Virus record (IMG/VR): IMGVR_UViG_3300042879_006196
Span: 62,001-126,000 of that record
Length of the DNA: 64,000 nucleotides
Strand: one strand, 5' to 3'
Shown here: in pieces, positions 25,810 to 36,182 of the stretch
Numbering within the stretch: position 1 is the stretch's first letter
How the letters are laid out: each line of letters opens with the position of its first letter
Made by a program: the position numbers and the translations under genes
Notes under the pieces: model-generated
What the model was told of the DNA's origin: nothing
What the model saw: the letters and a program-made list of their open reading frames with translations, nothing else
Databases searched by the model: none

Positions 25810-26076
25810 ATGCCTAGAAAAGGAGTGCCACACAGAGTAGATGAAGTTGCAGATGCAATAGTTGACAAAATGAAAAAAAGTAAGAAAAAAATGAGTGAAG
25901 AAAAAATGTATGAAATCGCTTATGGTACTGCTTGGAAACAATTTTATAAAGAAAATCCAGATTCAAAGAAAAAGAGTAAAAAAGAAAAGAAATCTTTTGA
26001 AATCATTAATAACTTAAAAATCGCACAATTGTTAGATGATATAAATTTACCAGAATATGCTGATTTATATAGCTAA
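25810..26076 (+). CDS. Small basic protein with C-terminal KIA.LLD tag-like segment
   Basis: AGGAG SD; Lys-rich. Confidence 0.7.
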   Translation: MPRKGVPHRVDEVADAIVDKMKKSKKKMSEEKMYEIAYGTAWKQFYKENPDSKKKSKKEKKSFEIINNLKIAQLLDDINLPEYADLYS

Positions 26077-26078
26077 AA

Positions 26079-27065
26079 TTAATTTGTGGATTTCACCCAC
26101 ACTTCAAGAGCTTTTACTGTACCAAGTGCTGCGATTGATCCAGAAGTAATTCCCATTGAGGTAATACCAAGTGCTCTATAAGTGGAGTTGTTAAAAATGC
26201 CGATGTTTGCCCTTCCAGTGGCGTTTGTGGTGCTTAAATTCACTACTGTGGTTACACCTGTAGATAAATAAACAGTGATCCCTAAATTAGAAAATAAATT
26301 GGTGCATGAAAGTCCTGTTATTGAAGCAGTGCCAAATCTAAATTCGAAATATTCTGCATTTTTAATTGGTCTAAAAGCATATAATGTTGATGAAGTTGTA
26401 CTAATTGGACCAGAAAGAATTATAGTATTTGTATTCAAAACTCCGACCACTGTTGTAGAGAGGGATATAGCTGAAGAGCTAGGTAATCCGCTTACAGGTG
26501 AAGCTACAATAATGTCTCCATTCATGGCAAAATTAGTTATAGGTGAAAATCCAGAAACAGTAACATTATTGCCTGAAATTGTAGAAATGCTTGCAACATT
26601 TTGTTTATTAGTAATTGGCGAGGTAGCTGGATAATAAATTAAACTTGTTCCATTCCAGGATGCAAAACCAATTTGCTGAACTAGTTCTTGAGCATTTGCT
26701 TGATACCAAGATTCTTTGAATGAATTTTGCCAAGCCACGTTGCGAGAAATACTTAGAGCATTAAACCAGTCTCGAAGAGCAGATGAATATGTGTTATTGA
26801 AAAAATTATTCAGAGTTTGATTTACTGTTTTTGCAATGTTTAACGCACCTGTAGAGTATGTATTTTCATTGCTTAAATGCGCATTAACCACACTCACACC
26901 ATTAGCCACTTCAGTGGTGGACATACTTGCTAAGAATAGTTGTCTAGAGGCAATGTATGTGATAAGTGTAGATGTAGGGCTATACACTTCTTCAAAACCT
27001 TTGGCATAAGATGTGCCAATTATGGCTTGATAAGAACTAAAAAAACTTGTATCAGAAATAGCCAT
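26079..27065 (-). CDS. Ser/Thr-rich putative virion structural protein
   Basis: Composition rich in S/T/N/G and poor in charged residues. Confidence 0.5.
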   Translation of the reverse strand: MAISDTSFFSSYQAIIGTSYAKGFEEVYSPTSTLITYIASRQLFLASMSTTEVANGVSVVNAHLSNENTYSTGALNIAKTVNQTLNNFFNNTYSSALRDWFNALSISRNVAWQNSFKESWYQANAQELVQQIGFASWNGTSLIYYPATSPITNKQNVASISTISGNNVTVSGFSPITNFAMNGDIIVASPVSGLPSSSAISLSTTVVGVLNTNTIILSGPISTTSSTLYAFRPIKNAEYFEFRFGTASITGLSCTNLFSNLGITVYLSTGVTTVVNLSTTNATGRANIGIFNNSTYRALGITSMGITSGSIAALGTVKALEVWVKSTN

Positions 27066-27091
27066 ACTGATACAAGTTTATGACAACGATG

Positions 27092-27349
27092 TTAATTTTC
27101 CTTCTTTGTTTGCATTGCTGAAACCATTGCTTTAACTTCTGGTTGCTTGAAAAAGTTGAATGTCAACTGATCAAAACCAAGAGCATATAGTACAGCTTGT
27201 GGCAACACAGCCAAACCTGCATCAACTGCAGCTTTGAGATCATGTGCGCTTAGCCATTGATTACTGAAAGCAGTAAGAAAAGCTGTGCCAACAAAAATAA
27301 GAATCTTTTGAACCATTAGATTCAGTTTGAAATCCTTAAAATAACTCAT
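27092..27349 (-). CDS. Small membrane protein, holin-like
   Basis: Strong GGAGGTG SD; two hydrophobic segments and a charged C-terminus. Confidence 0.45.
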   Translation of the reverse strand: MSYFKDFKLNLMVQKILIFVGTAFLTAFSNQWLSAHDLKAAVDAGLAVLPQAVLYALGFDQLTFNFFKQPEVKAMVSAMQTKKEN

Positions 27350-27374
27350 GTTTCACCTCCTATTATAATATACG

Positions 27375-28361
27375 TTAGTTATGTCTCAAAATTGCATACT
27401 TTCTGAAATCTTCTAAATTATTTACTCCAGAATAGGTTAAAGCAGACTTAATTCCTGCCAAGAAATCTTTGAGAATGTCTGAAGTTTCGCCAGCATAAGG
27501 CAATCTAATTGCTTTACCTTCTGGTGCAACATGAGATTTTCTAACTCCAAAAAACTTATCCATAGCTGTCTTTGAAGACATGCCATAATAAAGTTTGTAG
27601 GAGCTTCCATCAGGATCATGAACTAACTCAGAAGGGGAATCAGAGGTAGGTGCTAACACGCTACCAAGACAAACAAAATCTGCTCCAGCTGCTAATGCTT
27701 TCGCTGCATCACCAGAAGTAGAAATACCACCATCTGCAATAATTGATGCTGTGGTTTTACACGAAGCAACCTCATAAACAGATTGTAAAGTTGGAATATG
27801 ATGACCAGTAACATATTTGGTTGTGCAAGCTTTTCCTCCAGCCACACCAACTCTGACAGAATCTGCTCCATGATCAACTAAAAACTTATAGCCCTCTTGT
27901 GTGGCTACATTTCCAGCAACGACAGTATTGAAGCCAATTTTTTTAACTTTAGAAACAAAATCTCCCATTTTTTTGGAATGCCCATGAGCTATATCCACTA
28001 AAATAATTGCATCATTTCCAAGCATATAAAAAATGTCTTTTGCAACATTAAGATCTTCTTCTTTCACTCCAATAGAAAAAGGAAAATACTTCATTTTAGC
28101 TGGAAAAGATGTGGTCAAGTGAATTAAATCATCTCTGGAAAGAAACCGATGATAAAATGCTATTGATCCACTTTTATCTAACGTATGTGCCATTTTTTCA
28201 CCAACTACAGATGCCATGTTTGTGGCAATTACAGGATGTTTAAGAGTGACAAAAGGCGATAAGGCACTTGATAAGTCTGGATTTGATCTGCTTTCAATTT
28301 CTGAATAGCGTGGCTCAAGCCAAACATCATCAAAAGATAATAAATTAGTTTTTTTTAACAC
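27375..28361 (-). CDS. GMP reductase / IMP dehydrogenase family protein
   Basis: LSFDDV, DIAHGHS, AGNV, VGVAGGKACTT, IIADGG, YYGMSS and PEG motifs. Confidence 0.9.
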   Translation of the reverse strand: MLKKTNLLSFDDVWLEPRYSEIESRSNPDLSSALSPFVTLKHPVIATNMASVVGEKMAHTLDKSGSIAFYHRFLSRDDLIHLTTSFPAKMKYFPFSIGVKEEDLNVAKDIFYMLGNDAIILVDIAHGHSKKMGDFVSKVKKIGFNTVVAGNVATQEGYKFLVDHGADSVRVGVAGGKACTTKYVTGHHIPTLQSVYEVASCKTTASIIADGGISTSGDAAKALAAGADFVCLGSVLAPTSDSPSELVHDPDGSSYKLYYGMSSKTAMDKFFGVRKSHVAPEGKAIRLPYAGETSDILKDFLAGIKSALTYSGVNNLEDFRKYAILRHN

Positions 28362-28381
28362 AAATTAATATACGAAAAAAA

Positions 28382-28840
28382 TCAATCTTCGTCATCAAAA
28401 TCTTGATCTTCAGGGATGTCGTCGCAAGAATTGAAACCATCAATTGCTTTCATCCAATCTTTTTGATCAGTGGATTCATCAGCCACGTCAATAATTGCGT
28501 TTTTCAGATACATAAGAATTTCTTCTTTATTACTGCAATCACAATTTTCTAAAAACTTTTCATCAAGGGGTTTGATAAAATCTTCAAATTCTGGAGATTC
28601 AAGAATCAAAGTAATAATGTGATATCCTGCAGGATAAACTGAATTCAAAACATATCCGTCAGGAAACTTGGTTTGTACTTTTACTTTTTCTTTAAGATTA
28701 GTAACATCAGCCTTATCTAAAATTTGTAAATATTGCATTAATACTTTTTTAGCATAAGCTTTAGCGTTGTTTTGAAGTCCTGAAGATTGGTCTTCAGAAT
28801 TAAGTTTATTATAAATAGAATCTAGTAAAGCTGGTTTCAT
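28382..28840 (-). CDS. Hypothetical protein
   Basis: ORF in an operon-like run. Confidence 0.7.
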   Translation of the reverse strand: MKPALLDSIYNKLNSEDQSSGLQNNAKAYAKKVLMQYLQILDKADVTNLKEKVKVQTKFPDGYVLNSVYPAGYHIITLILESPEFEDFIKPLDEKFLENCDCSNKEEILMYLKNAIIDVADESTDQKDWMKAIDGFNSCDDIPEDQDFDDED

Positions 28841-28843
28841 TTT

Positions 28844-29422
28844 TCACCTCATTGTTGTATCAATTAAATGTTCTGGAATCATATTAAAAACTTCCACCCC
28901 TGTATCAGGAATATCAATTACAACATGCTTACCATCAATTATTACAGGAAGATTTAACACTTCCCTTGGCAACAGTTTTTCTATCATTTTAGGAGTAAGA
29001 AGATCGTCAAAATCCCAACTACCTTTCAGATCAAAAAAGTATTCGTCATACATTCTTAAACAATTTAAAAAAGTAGTTTCTATTTTGATACCTTTTGATT
29101 TTACAAGATTTTCAACAAGATTTTTGCTTGCAGTCTTTGGATTTGATTTACCTCCTTGTGTTGGAGTGTAATTAGTCATGTGCGGGCTTTTGCCTTTTCG
29201 TTTTTTCTTTTCGTTTTTTCTTTTAGCTTTGATTCGATTTTTTCTTTCCTTTTCATCTAATGTTCTAGCTTTAGATGCTGGGGTACATACTGGGTATTTT
29301 CCTTTATCAGCATTAGACCTACCACATTCTTCAAAGCCACCATCTTTCTTAGGTCTTGAAACATCAACCCACTTTTCTTCATTAAACCACTTATCTAAAT
29401 CTGATTTTTTAAAAATACTCAT
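28844..29422 (-). CDS. Conserved viral protein (L.KWF.E.WVDV...CGR...YP.C.P)
   Basis: Motif recognised from phage and giant-virus hypothetical proteins. Confidence 0.65.
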   Translation of the reverse strand: MSIFKKSDLDKWFNEEKWVDVSRPKKDGGFEECGRSNADKGKYPVCTPASKARTLDEKERKNRIKAKRKNEKKKRKGKSPHMTNYTPTQGGKSNPKTASKNLVENLVKSKGIKIETTFLNCLRMYDEYFFDLKGSWDFDDLLTPKMIEKLLPREVLNLPVIIDGKHVVIDIPDTGVEVFNMIPEHLIDTTMR

Positions 29423-29471
29423 TCTAATTTCTCTCAGAACTGCTTGTTAAATTACTGAAGTAAAGACTTTT

Positions 29472-29759
29472 TTAATCCTTTTTCCTGTAACCACCGCCTC
29501 TTGCTTTGTAGGTTTTAACAAGCCAAGCGTTTGCATAAGCACTTGGATAAACATCAAATTTCTTTTTAGCTTCACTTTTCACCCTATTGTATAAAGCCAT
29601 GTCAGTGGGTGCATTTTTAGAAGAACCTTTATACTCTGTAGATTTCTTTTTTTTCTTTGCCAAACGAAGGGCAAAATCTAACATTTCTTCTGCAAGTTTA
29701 ACGTTACCGCTATAATATTCTTTAACACTTTGTTTAACAATTTCGGCAATTTTAAGCAT
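29472..29759 (-). CDS. DUF5872-like basic protein with tag-like N-terminus
   Basis: LY.RVK.EAK.KF.VYPSAYA.AWLVK.YK.RGG.Y. Confidence 0.65.
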   Translation of the reverse strand: MLKIAEIVKQSVKEYYSGNVKLAEEMLDFALRLAKKKKKSTEYKGSSKNAPTDMALYNRVKSEAKKKFDVYPSAYANAWLVKTYKARGGGYRKKD

Positions 29760-29764
29760 AATAT

Positions 29765-30460
29765 TTAATTAATATTATCTTCTTCAATTTCCTCCACCGT
29801 GTAAGAACTAATAAATCTTTCCCATGATAAATCTGTGCCAGATTTGAATAAGTTATCTCTTTCAGAATGTAACACTGATTTCAAATCATTTTGAATCCAA
29901 TACTTGAATTTTTCTTTATCATAGCTTATAGGCACCCATTTTAATTGTCCATCTAAAACACCTTTGTCTTGATTTTTGACAAAATTAAAATTTTCAGGTT
30001 GAAAAACAATTAGACCTAAACCCTCAATATCTTTTGGCTCACCATGAAGGGGATTTTGTAAACAAAAAGCATATGCCATTAATTGTAAGAAATAAATACT
30101 AGCAAGTTTCTGAGAAATGTGTGTGGTTTTATAATCAACTACAAAATGCTTGCCATTGTTGGTGTCGAGGAGACAATCAATTTTACCCTTAAAACCCACT
30201 TTGAAATCACCTAACGTAAATAATTTACTTTGAACATTGATGTCTTCGTGAGTGATGTGTCCAGAAGGAGCGCCCTCAACTATGTCAGTGCATTCCACTT
30301 TATCAAATGCATGTCGCATACAAAGATCAATCGTAGTAAATACAGAAGGAAATGCAAGTTTTGGTCTTTGAATTTTTAAAATATATTTATCATAGAATCC
30401 TACTTTAGAGTCTGACCAAAAATAGGATAGGTCGGAAGGCGAGAGCCAAATTTCTTTCAT
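29765..30460 (-). CDS. PD-(D/E)XK nuclease (RecB/Cas4-like)
   Basis: LSPS, GKIDCL, VVDYKT and QL.AY motifs. Confidence 0.8.
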   Translation of the reverse strand: MKEIWLSPSDLSYFWSDSKVGFYDKYILKIQRPKLAFPSVFTTIDLCMRHAFDKVECTDIVEGAPSGHITHEDINVQSKLFTLGDFKVGFKGKIDCLLDTNNGKHFVVDYKTTHISQKLASIYFLQLMAYAFCLQNPLHGEPKDIEGLGLIVFQPENFNFVKNQDKGVLDGQLKWVPISYDKEKFKYWIQNDLKSVLHSERDNLFKSGTDLSWERFISSYTVEEIEEDNIN

Positions 30461-31008
30461 TAAAGTTTTTTACGAATTGTTTTACGTTTAGGTTTTGTTT
30501 TTTTTGCGTTTGTGGTTTTTTTCGCCTTTTTTTTCAACACTTGGTCTTTGTCTTTTTCGGAAAATCTTTCAAAAAAATTAGTTCTAGTCTCTAAGGGGTG
30601 CCTGAATCTAAATATTTCAATTTTACAACCTGGATTGTTTTTATCAGGCTCGGTAATCATATGTTTACCAAAATCAGCCCAGTGTATTAAAATATCGTTT
30701 CGAACGATTTTATACTTTTCCAAAATATCACCGATTGCTTGTTGATATCCTACTTGGTCACCAATCACCCAGGTATTTGTAGTTATGGTAATTTTTACAG
30801 AAACACCACACGAAATTGGTTCTTCGCCTTTGTCTTTCCAAACACTTTCAAAAATTTCTTTGCAAGATTTTTCGTAATTTTCATATCTTTCTGATGGTAA
30901 AATTCTTCTTCTGACAATTCTTTGTGATGTTTTTTTTGTTGCGGGTCTTCCTGGCATAAAAAATTCTAATATTTTTATTCCGTCTTCAAGTTCAAAGTGT
31001 TTGTCCAC
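30460..31008 (-). CDS. RusA-like Holliday junction resolvase
   Basis: PG.P.TKK.S; D..G....GDIL....IV.ND; DK.NP. Confidence 0.65.
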   Translation of the reverse strand: MDKHFELEDGIKILEFFMPGRPATKKTSQRIVRRRILPSERYENYEKSCKEIFESVWKDKGEEPISCGVSVKITITTNTWVIGDQVGYQQAIGDILEKYKIVRNDILIHWADFGKHMITEPDKNNPGCKIEIFRFRHPLETRTNFFERFSEKDKDQVLKKKAKKTTNAKKTKPKRKTIRKKL

Positions 31009-31025
31009 TTTTTAATTGTACATTT

Positions 31026-32042
31026 TTAAGCAAGATCTGAAATAAATAAATTACTATAATCAGGATAGAATGCTGCTCCATCAAAATTGAATTCAAAATC
31101 TGTTTTAATAAGTGATTCTGCAGTCAAAATAAATTTTTTACTTTTACAAAGCATTGGTAATTCTGTTCTCAAAAAAATTAAATTTATCAACGATAAATTT
31201 ATTAATGTATTGTAATACGAATATTCAGATTGTGAAAAATATGCAGGCAGTGTTAATTGCTCAAAACCAGTGACACCAAATCTTTGAGTTATTGCATAAT
31301 TTTTTATGTTGAATGTTACAAGATTTCCTACATTCACAAGAAAGTGTTTTTCATATTCGAATTCAATATCAAAATTATAATCATCAAGAAAAATTCCAGA
31401 TGAGGCTAAGTTAAATTGATAAGAACTCACACCAGGCTCTTCAATATTGAAACCAACAAGAGAATCATAATTTTTGCCCAATCTGCCTAAATAAAAATTA
31501 GATTGTGCGGGAAAATCGCTTGAAGAAAAAAAATAAGAATCAATCCAAAATTCTGAATTGGTATTTCTTGTTAATGGGATGTTAGATTCAATAATTAATG
31601 TTTGTTTTATTTCATTTTCAGAAGCGTTTACAGTATATTTTTTAAGAATGACATACTCTGAAATAAAATCTGTGTTATAATCTGAGTCGCTTGGATAATG
31701 ATGAAGTTTTTGCCATTGCCAGTTAGCTAAGTTTAATGCTAAATAGTTTAAGCAATTAAATCTTAAAAAGCCTTGATTTCCTCCAGCCACGTCAATTATT
31801 ATTGGAGCGGTTATAGTATATGTGTATGTAGGGCTTGGTACGCTCTGAACAAGAATACCTGGTTTTCCTTGTACCATGAGTTTTTTATCCATACCTGAAC
31901 TTAATTCAATTTCAAAATTACTTGCTAAAATTTTTACCAGTGAATTAAATGATGTTGGGATTCCCAATCTTTCAAAAAATTGCCAAAAGTCTAGCTCTAC
32001 AACATAGTAGCTGGAATAATATGATGCAGGTAGAACAGGCAT
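31026..32042 (-). CDS. Hypothetical protein, possibly structural (start moved to ATG 32042)
   Basis: AGGA exactly 34 nt before ATG 32042; beta-rich composition. Confidence 0.55.
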   Translation of the reverse strand: MPVLPASYYSSYYVVELDFWQFFERLGIPTSFNSLVKILASNFEIELSSGMDKKLMVQGKPGILVQSVPSPTYTYTITAPIIIDVAGGNQGFLRFNCLNYLALNLANWQWQKLHHYPSDSDYNTDFISEYVILKKYTVNASENEIKQTLIIESNIPLTRNTNSEFWIDSYFFSSSDFPAQSNFYLGRLGKNYDSLVGFNIEEPGVSSYQFNLASSGIFLDDYNFDIEFEYEKHFLVNVGNLVTFNIKNYAITQRFGVTGFEQLTLPAYFSQSEYSYYNTLINLSLINLIFLRTELPMLCKSKKFILTAESLIKTDFEFNFDGAAFYPDYSNLFISDLA

Positions 32043-32082
32043 AAAGTAAATTTCTGATATTTCCAAATATGATCCTAATATT

Positions 32083-32736
32083 TTGTATAATATTAAAATG
32101 TTTGACAAAAATGCTTATTTAACAGAAAAAATTATTAATAAACTCACACAATCTGAAAATTTTAATGAAAGCATAAAACAGTCAGTGATAGACTTAATGA
32201 ACCACGTAAATGTTGACGTGGTGACAAGCTCATCAATTGACGAAAACAATGTTATAACATTACATTGGGTAAAGTTTTGCACTTTAATTAATGAGTTGTT
32301 AGAATCAGGCATGAATGTAAATATTAAAAATTTCACAGATCTTTTTCATGAAAGTCAATTGAAAAAAACAAAACAAACAGTCAATAATTCAAAACATAAA
32401 GTATCTGAAAAAATTTTGAACAAAAAAGCACCTAATGAAGATACAATAAACAGATTATTGTCAATTGCCGAAGAAGTAGATATGATTGATTCCTTCAATT
32501 TATCTCTTTTAAATGAAAATGGCTTAAGGGTATCAGGTTTTATTAAATCTGATGAAACAAGTTTGGATGGTGAAGAGCTTAATGTTCAAGGATCTGAAAT
32601 TCCATATATTATAGTCGATAAAGATGATGTATTTTTGAGTCCATTCACATCTACTGCTAATATTTACCAATTAGATTCTGACACTTGGTTAGATTTGGAA
32701 ACAGATCAAACTTTTAAAGTTTATTATTCATCTTGA
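32083..32736 (+). CDS. Hypothetical protein
   Basis: 217-aa ORF. Confidence 0.7.
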   Translation: MYNIKMFDKNAYLTEKIINKLTQSENFNESIKQSVIDLMNHVNVDVVTSSSIDENNVITLHWVKFCTLINELLESGMNVNIKNFTDLFHESQLKKTKQTVNNSKHKVSEKILNKKAPNEDTINRLLSIAEEVDMIDSFNLSLLNENGLRVSGFIKSDETSLDGEELNVQGSEIPYIIVDKDDVFLSPFTSTANIYQLDSDTWLDLETDQTFKVYYSS

Positions 32737-32975
32737 TCTGTTTCTTCATCATTTTGAATGATTGTGTAAACTGGGTCCATGAGATTTTTGATGTCATTGA
32801 TATCTTCATAGATTATTTCTTGGTTATTTTTTATTTCAGAAATTTGTGTTTTAAGATCTTTAAGGTGATTTGAGTTAGATTGAAATAAATCACACAAAAT
32901 TTCACCTAAATCATTTATGTCACCTTTGGCTTCAGTGAATTTTTTTTTCAGTTCTTCTAGTCTTTTGGCTGTCAT
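32724..32975 (-). CDS. Small coiled-coil protein
   Basis: ORF with ATGA coupling. Confidence 0.6.
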   Translation of the reverse strand: MTAKRLEELKKKFTEAKGDINDLGEILCDLFQSNSNHLKDLKTQISEIKNNQEIIYEDINDIKNLMDPVYTIIQNDEETDQDE

Positions 32976-33232
32976 TTTTCTTTGAATTCCACTTGATTAC
33001 CGTCGAGAACTAATTTTGTTTCACCACCTTGTGAATCAGCATCATCCATTTTATCTTTTAAATCAAGCACTTGTGTATTTATTGCATCAAGTTTATTGTT
33101 CAACTGTTGCTGAGGGGTGATTTTTTTCTTAGTTAAGTTAAAATTTGCAGCAAAAATTTGCTTCTCTAATCTATCTGCTTTAGCAAACATGCCATTTTGG
33201 TCCAATTTATTTAAGTATTCAACAAAATTCAT
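32972..33232 (-). CDS. Small protein with tag-like N-terminus
   Basis: LNKLDQNGMFAKADRLE. Confidence 0.65.
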   Translation of the reverse strand: MNFVEYLNKLDQNGMFAKADRLEKQIFAANFNLTKKKITPQQQLNNKLDAINTQVLDLKDKMDDADSQGGETKLVLDGNQVEFKEK

Positions 33233-33408
33233 CGTCCGATTTTAATTTTAGGGTAAACTGCTTGATTTTCAGCATCTTGTGCATGAACTATTAAATCCAC
33301 CAACTCGCTGATGGCTTTAAGTGCATCTTTGTTAGTGAAATCAATTTTGCCTCTGCATTCGTATATTTTATCAAGTACAATATCTCTGTCAACTTTAACT
33401 ACAGGCAT
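33229..33408 (-). CDS. 59-aa hypothetical protein
   Basis: MPVVKVDRD...KIKIGR*; ATGA overlap with 33232; AGGG 33 nt upstream. Confidence 0.5.
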   Translation of the reverse strand: MPVVKVDRDIVLDKIYECRGKIDFTNKDALKAISELVDLIVHAQDAENQAVYPKIKIGR

Positions 33409-33425
33409 AGTATTATCTTCTCAAT

Positions 33426-33845
33426 ATGTTAGATTTCCCCTTGAATCAAGTAATAAAATCAGAAAATGGCTGGACGTGCAATGTTTTTCAGCTAAATTAT
33501 ATAAATACAGGTGGGCTATTCATATCAGAAGAAGATTATGAACACATGCAAGTTGATCCATTTAAAGATCAAAATTATAGGTTTTACCAAAAAACAAAGA
33601 AGATTGTGTTATCTGGTTCGGGAGATTTAAGTTATAATTACTGTGCTTTAAACCTAAGATACACTTACTGGAAATGCTTATTGTGCAAAAAGCTAAACAA
33701 AATTTCAGAACCAAATTGTTACTGTTCAACGTATAGTAATTGTTGGTCTCCAGTTGATGGGGTAATTGTAGGTTGTTTATTTGCAAATAATTTATCTTTC
33801 CCATATCATTTTGAAGACACCACGCTTTCAAACTTAATTTTATGA
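33426..33845 (+). CDS. Cys-rich hypothetical protein
   Basis: WKCLLC..N..CYC motif; overlaps the SbcC start. Confidence 0.6.
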   Translation: MLDFPLNQVIKSENGWTCNVFQLNYINTGGLFISEEDYEHMQVDPFKDQNYRFYQKTKKIVLSGSGDLSYNYCALNLRYTYWKCLLCKKLNKISEPNCYCSTYSNCWSPVDGVIVGCLFANNLSFPYHFEDTTLSNLIL

Positions 33846-34966
33846 AAAGATATATCAAAACAATTACACTAAAGAACTTTCAGAGTTATAAAAATCAAGT
33901 TATTCACTGTAAGCCAGGTTTGAATTTATTGATTGGAACTTCTGATTCTGGAAAGTCCGCAATTTTAAGGGCTATTTCTTTTGTTCTTTATAATTATCCA
34001 AAAAGAGATTCTTTAATTCATTGGGGTGCAAAAGAAACTGAAGTAACACTTGAGTTTAGTGATGGCTTAAAAGTAACAAGGGTGAAGGGTGAGTCTAAAA
34101 ATGATATTATTGCTATTAAACCTGATGGCAAGGAAATTAAAAAAACAAAAATAGATTCAGAAATCCCCGATGAAATAAAAGAGTTATTGGGCAACCCTCC
34201 AAAAGATGATTTCAATGGTTTAATCTCTTATTCTGATCAGTTTTCAAAATTATTCTTAATTGATTTGTCTCCTAGCGATTTGCCAAGAAGTTTATCAAAT
34301 CTTACAGGTGTTTCAGTGCTTGAGGATTCTGCTAAATATTTGATGTCTTCATATAAAGCGATTGAAAAACAAACCAAAAATGATGAAAAAGAATATAAAA
34401 ATTTAATTGAAGAAATACAATCTTACAGTTTTGTGCAAGATTATGAAAGTAAAGTAAATGATTTGTCTGATAGGTTTGACAGTTTAAATAAACTTGAAAA
34501 TAAAATAGATGAATTTACAAATTTGATTGATGGAATTAATTTAGAAGTTGACAAAAGTTATTTAAAAGTTTTAACAGATTTGATAACAAAAATCGAGACT
34601 GCTACAAAATCTGTAAAGGATGCCTTAGATTTGTCTAGTGATTTACAGAGTCTGCAATTATTTAATCTTTTAAATGATCAGTCTTTTGATGAAAATTGCA
34701 TTTTAAGTTTAGAAAGCATTATCACCAAAGCAGAAAATCAAATAGTTTTAATCAATAATCAAAAAGAAAATTTAAAAACAGTTGAATCATTGAATGACTG
34801 TAAAATATTACATGAAAAAATAAAAGAACACGGTCAAAAACTAAGTGATGACTACAAAAAAATTGCAAATGAAATCACACAGTCTGAAAAAAATTTGAAA
34901 GAGTTTAAGCAATTTTTAATTGATGAAAATATTCAATGTGAAGTTTGCGGGAGTGTATTAAAATGA
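33842..34966 (+). CDS. SbcC/Rad50-like ATPase, N-terminal half
   Basis: LKNFQS, Walker A GTSDSGKS, coiled coil, ends in a CEVC zinc hook. Confidence 0.85.
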   Translation: MKRYIKTITLKNFQSYKNQVIHCKPGLNLLIGTSDSGKSAILRAISFVLYNYPKRDSLIHWGAKETEVTLEFSDGLKVTRVKGESKNDIIAIKPDGKEIKKTKIDSEIPDEIKELLGNPPKDDFNGLISYSDQFSKLFLIDLSPSDLPRSLSNLTGVSVLEDSAKYLMSSYKAIEKQTKNDEKEYKNLIEEIQSYSFVQDYESKVNDLSDRFDSLNKLENKIDEFTNLIDGINLEVDKSYLKVLTDLITKIETATKSVKDALDLSSDLQSLQLFNLLNDQSFDENCILSLESIITKAENQIVLINNQKENLKTVESLNDCKILHEKIKEHGQKLSDDYKKIANEITQSEKNLKEFKQFLIDENIQCEVCGSVLK

Positions 34967-35922
34967 ACACAAGATTTTTAGTTATTGGCGATAATCATTT
35001 AGATTCTAAAACACCACAGAATCGATTAGATAATTACATGGAAGCTACTTTAATGGAGCTAGAAGAATGTTTATTAATTGCACAAGCTGCAAAAGTTGAT
35101 TTTTGTGTATTTTTGGGTGACATTTTTAATCGAATGGAGGTTGGTGGTGAGTGTCGAAATCGCGCTTTAAGAATTTTATCTTCCAATAAAGGTGAATTAT
35201 GGTCATTCAAAAAGTATGTGGTTATAGGAAATCACGATATTGCACATAATCCAAATAATTTAGAAAAATCAGCTCTTTATACTCTAATATCGGCAGGAGT
35301 AATTGAGTGTGTAGATTTTCTTCCAGATTTATCAATAAGATTTTGGCATTTTACACCTGATTTAGATCAAAAACTCAGAGAGGGCGTGTTGCTTGATTAT
35401 GATGAGAAGATAATGTTTTTACATGCATCTATCGTTACTGTTCCAGCTAAATTTGATCACGTTCTTTTTGATGATTTGCAAGTTGGTGAAAATACAAAGT
35501 TACTGTTTTCAGGTCATATACACAAAAAAATGCAAGCTGAGAAAAATGGCATTAAATTTGTGAATCCTGGTCCAGTAGGTAGGCACGAAATATCTTCAGA
35601 GTATGAAAAAAATAAAGTGTCAGTTATGTTATGCCAATATGATTACATCACAAATGAATTGAAAACACGCGAAATGTATTTGAAATATTCATTACCTTAT
35701 GACGTAGTATTTGATGTAAATAAAAATTTACAAAAGAAAACTGAAAATAAAAACACAGAACTTTTCATCAAAGCAATCACAGATATAGAAATGGTTTCGC
35801 CAATATCAAGTGATTTAAAGGATGATTTGATTGATTATGCTAAAAAAGCAAACACAACTGAGTCTGTGGTTAAAGAGGCTATTGATGCCATTGATTTAGT
35901 AAAAACAGGTGGAGTATTATGA
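34963..35922 (+). CDS. SbcD/Mre11-like metallophosphoesterase nuclease
   Basis: GDNH, GDIF, GNHD, GHIH and NPG motifs. Confidence 0.88.
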   Translation: MNTRFLVIGDNHLDSKTPQNRLDNYMEATLMELEECLLIAQAAKVDFCVFLGDIFNRMEVGGECRNRALRILSSNKGELWSFKKYVVIGNHDIAHNPNNLEKSALYTLISAGVIECVDFLPDLSIRFWHFTPDLDQKLREGVLLDYDEKIMFLHASIVTVPAKFDHVLFDDLQVGENTKLLFSGHIHKKMQAEKNGIKFVNPGPVGRHEISSEYEKNKVSVMLCQYDYITNELKTREMYLKYSLPYDVVFDVNKNLQKKTENKNTELFIKAITDIEMVSPISSDLKDDLIDYAKKANTTESVVKEAIDAIDLVKTGGVL

Positions 35923-36182
35923 ATTATTCAGAACAATTAAAACAAAAAGAAACAAAACTCATTACTTTAAAAGCGCAAGCTTCTGCAAAAAAACAATCTA
36001 TTGAAGAAATGCTAGAGAAAAGAAAAAAAGCAGAAGATGAAGTGAAATCTAAATTTGGAATTACGCTATCAGAAGTCCCTGACAAACTCGTAGAATATCA
36101 AAAAAATCTCAAAGAGTTATGTGAAAAGTTGAGTTTGGAGGTAGATGAAATTGAGTCCGAATTTGCAAAAATTAAATGCTAA
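35919..36182 (+). CDS. Short coiled-coil protein
   Basis: Heptad-rich ORF within the SbcCD operon. Confidence 0.7.
   Translation: MNYSEQLKQKETKLITLKAQASAKKQSIEEMLEKRKKAEDEVKSKFGITLSEVPDKLVEYQKNLKELCEKLSLEVDEIESEFAKIKC

Noticed and set aside
29765-30460. Cas4 of a CRISPR system
   Set aside because: Lacks the four-Cys cluster and any cas or array context; treated as a generic PD-(D/E)XK nuclease
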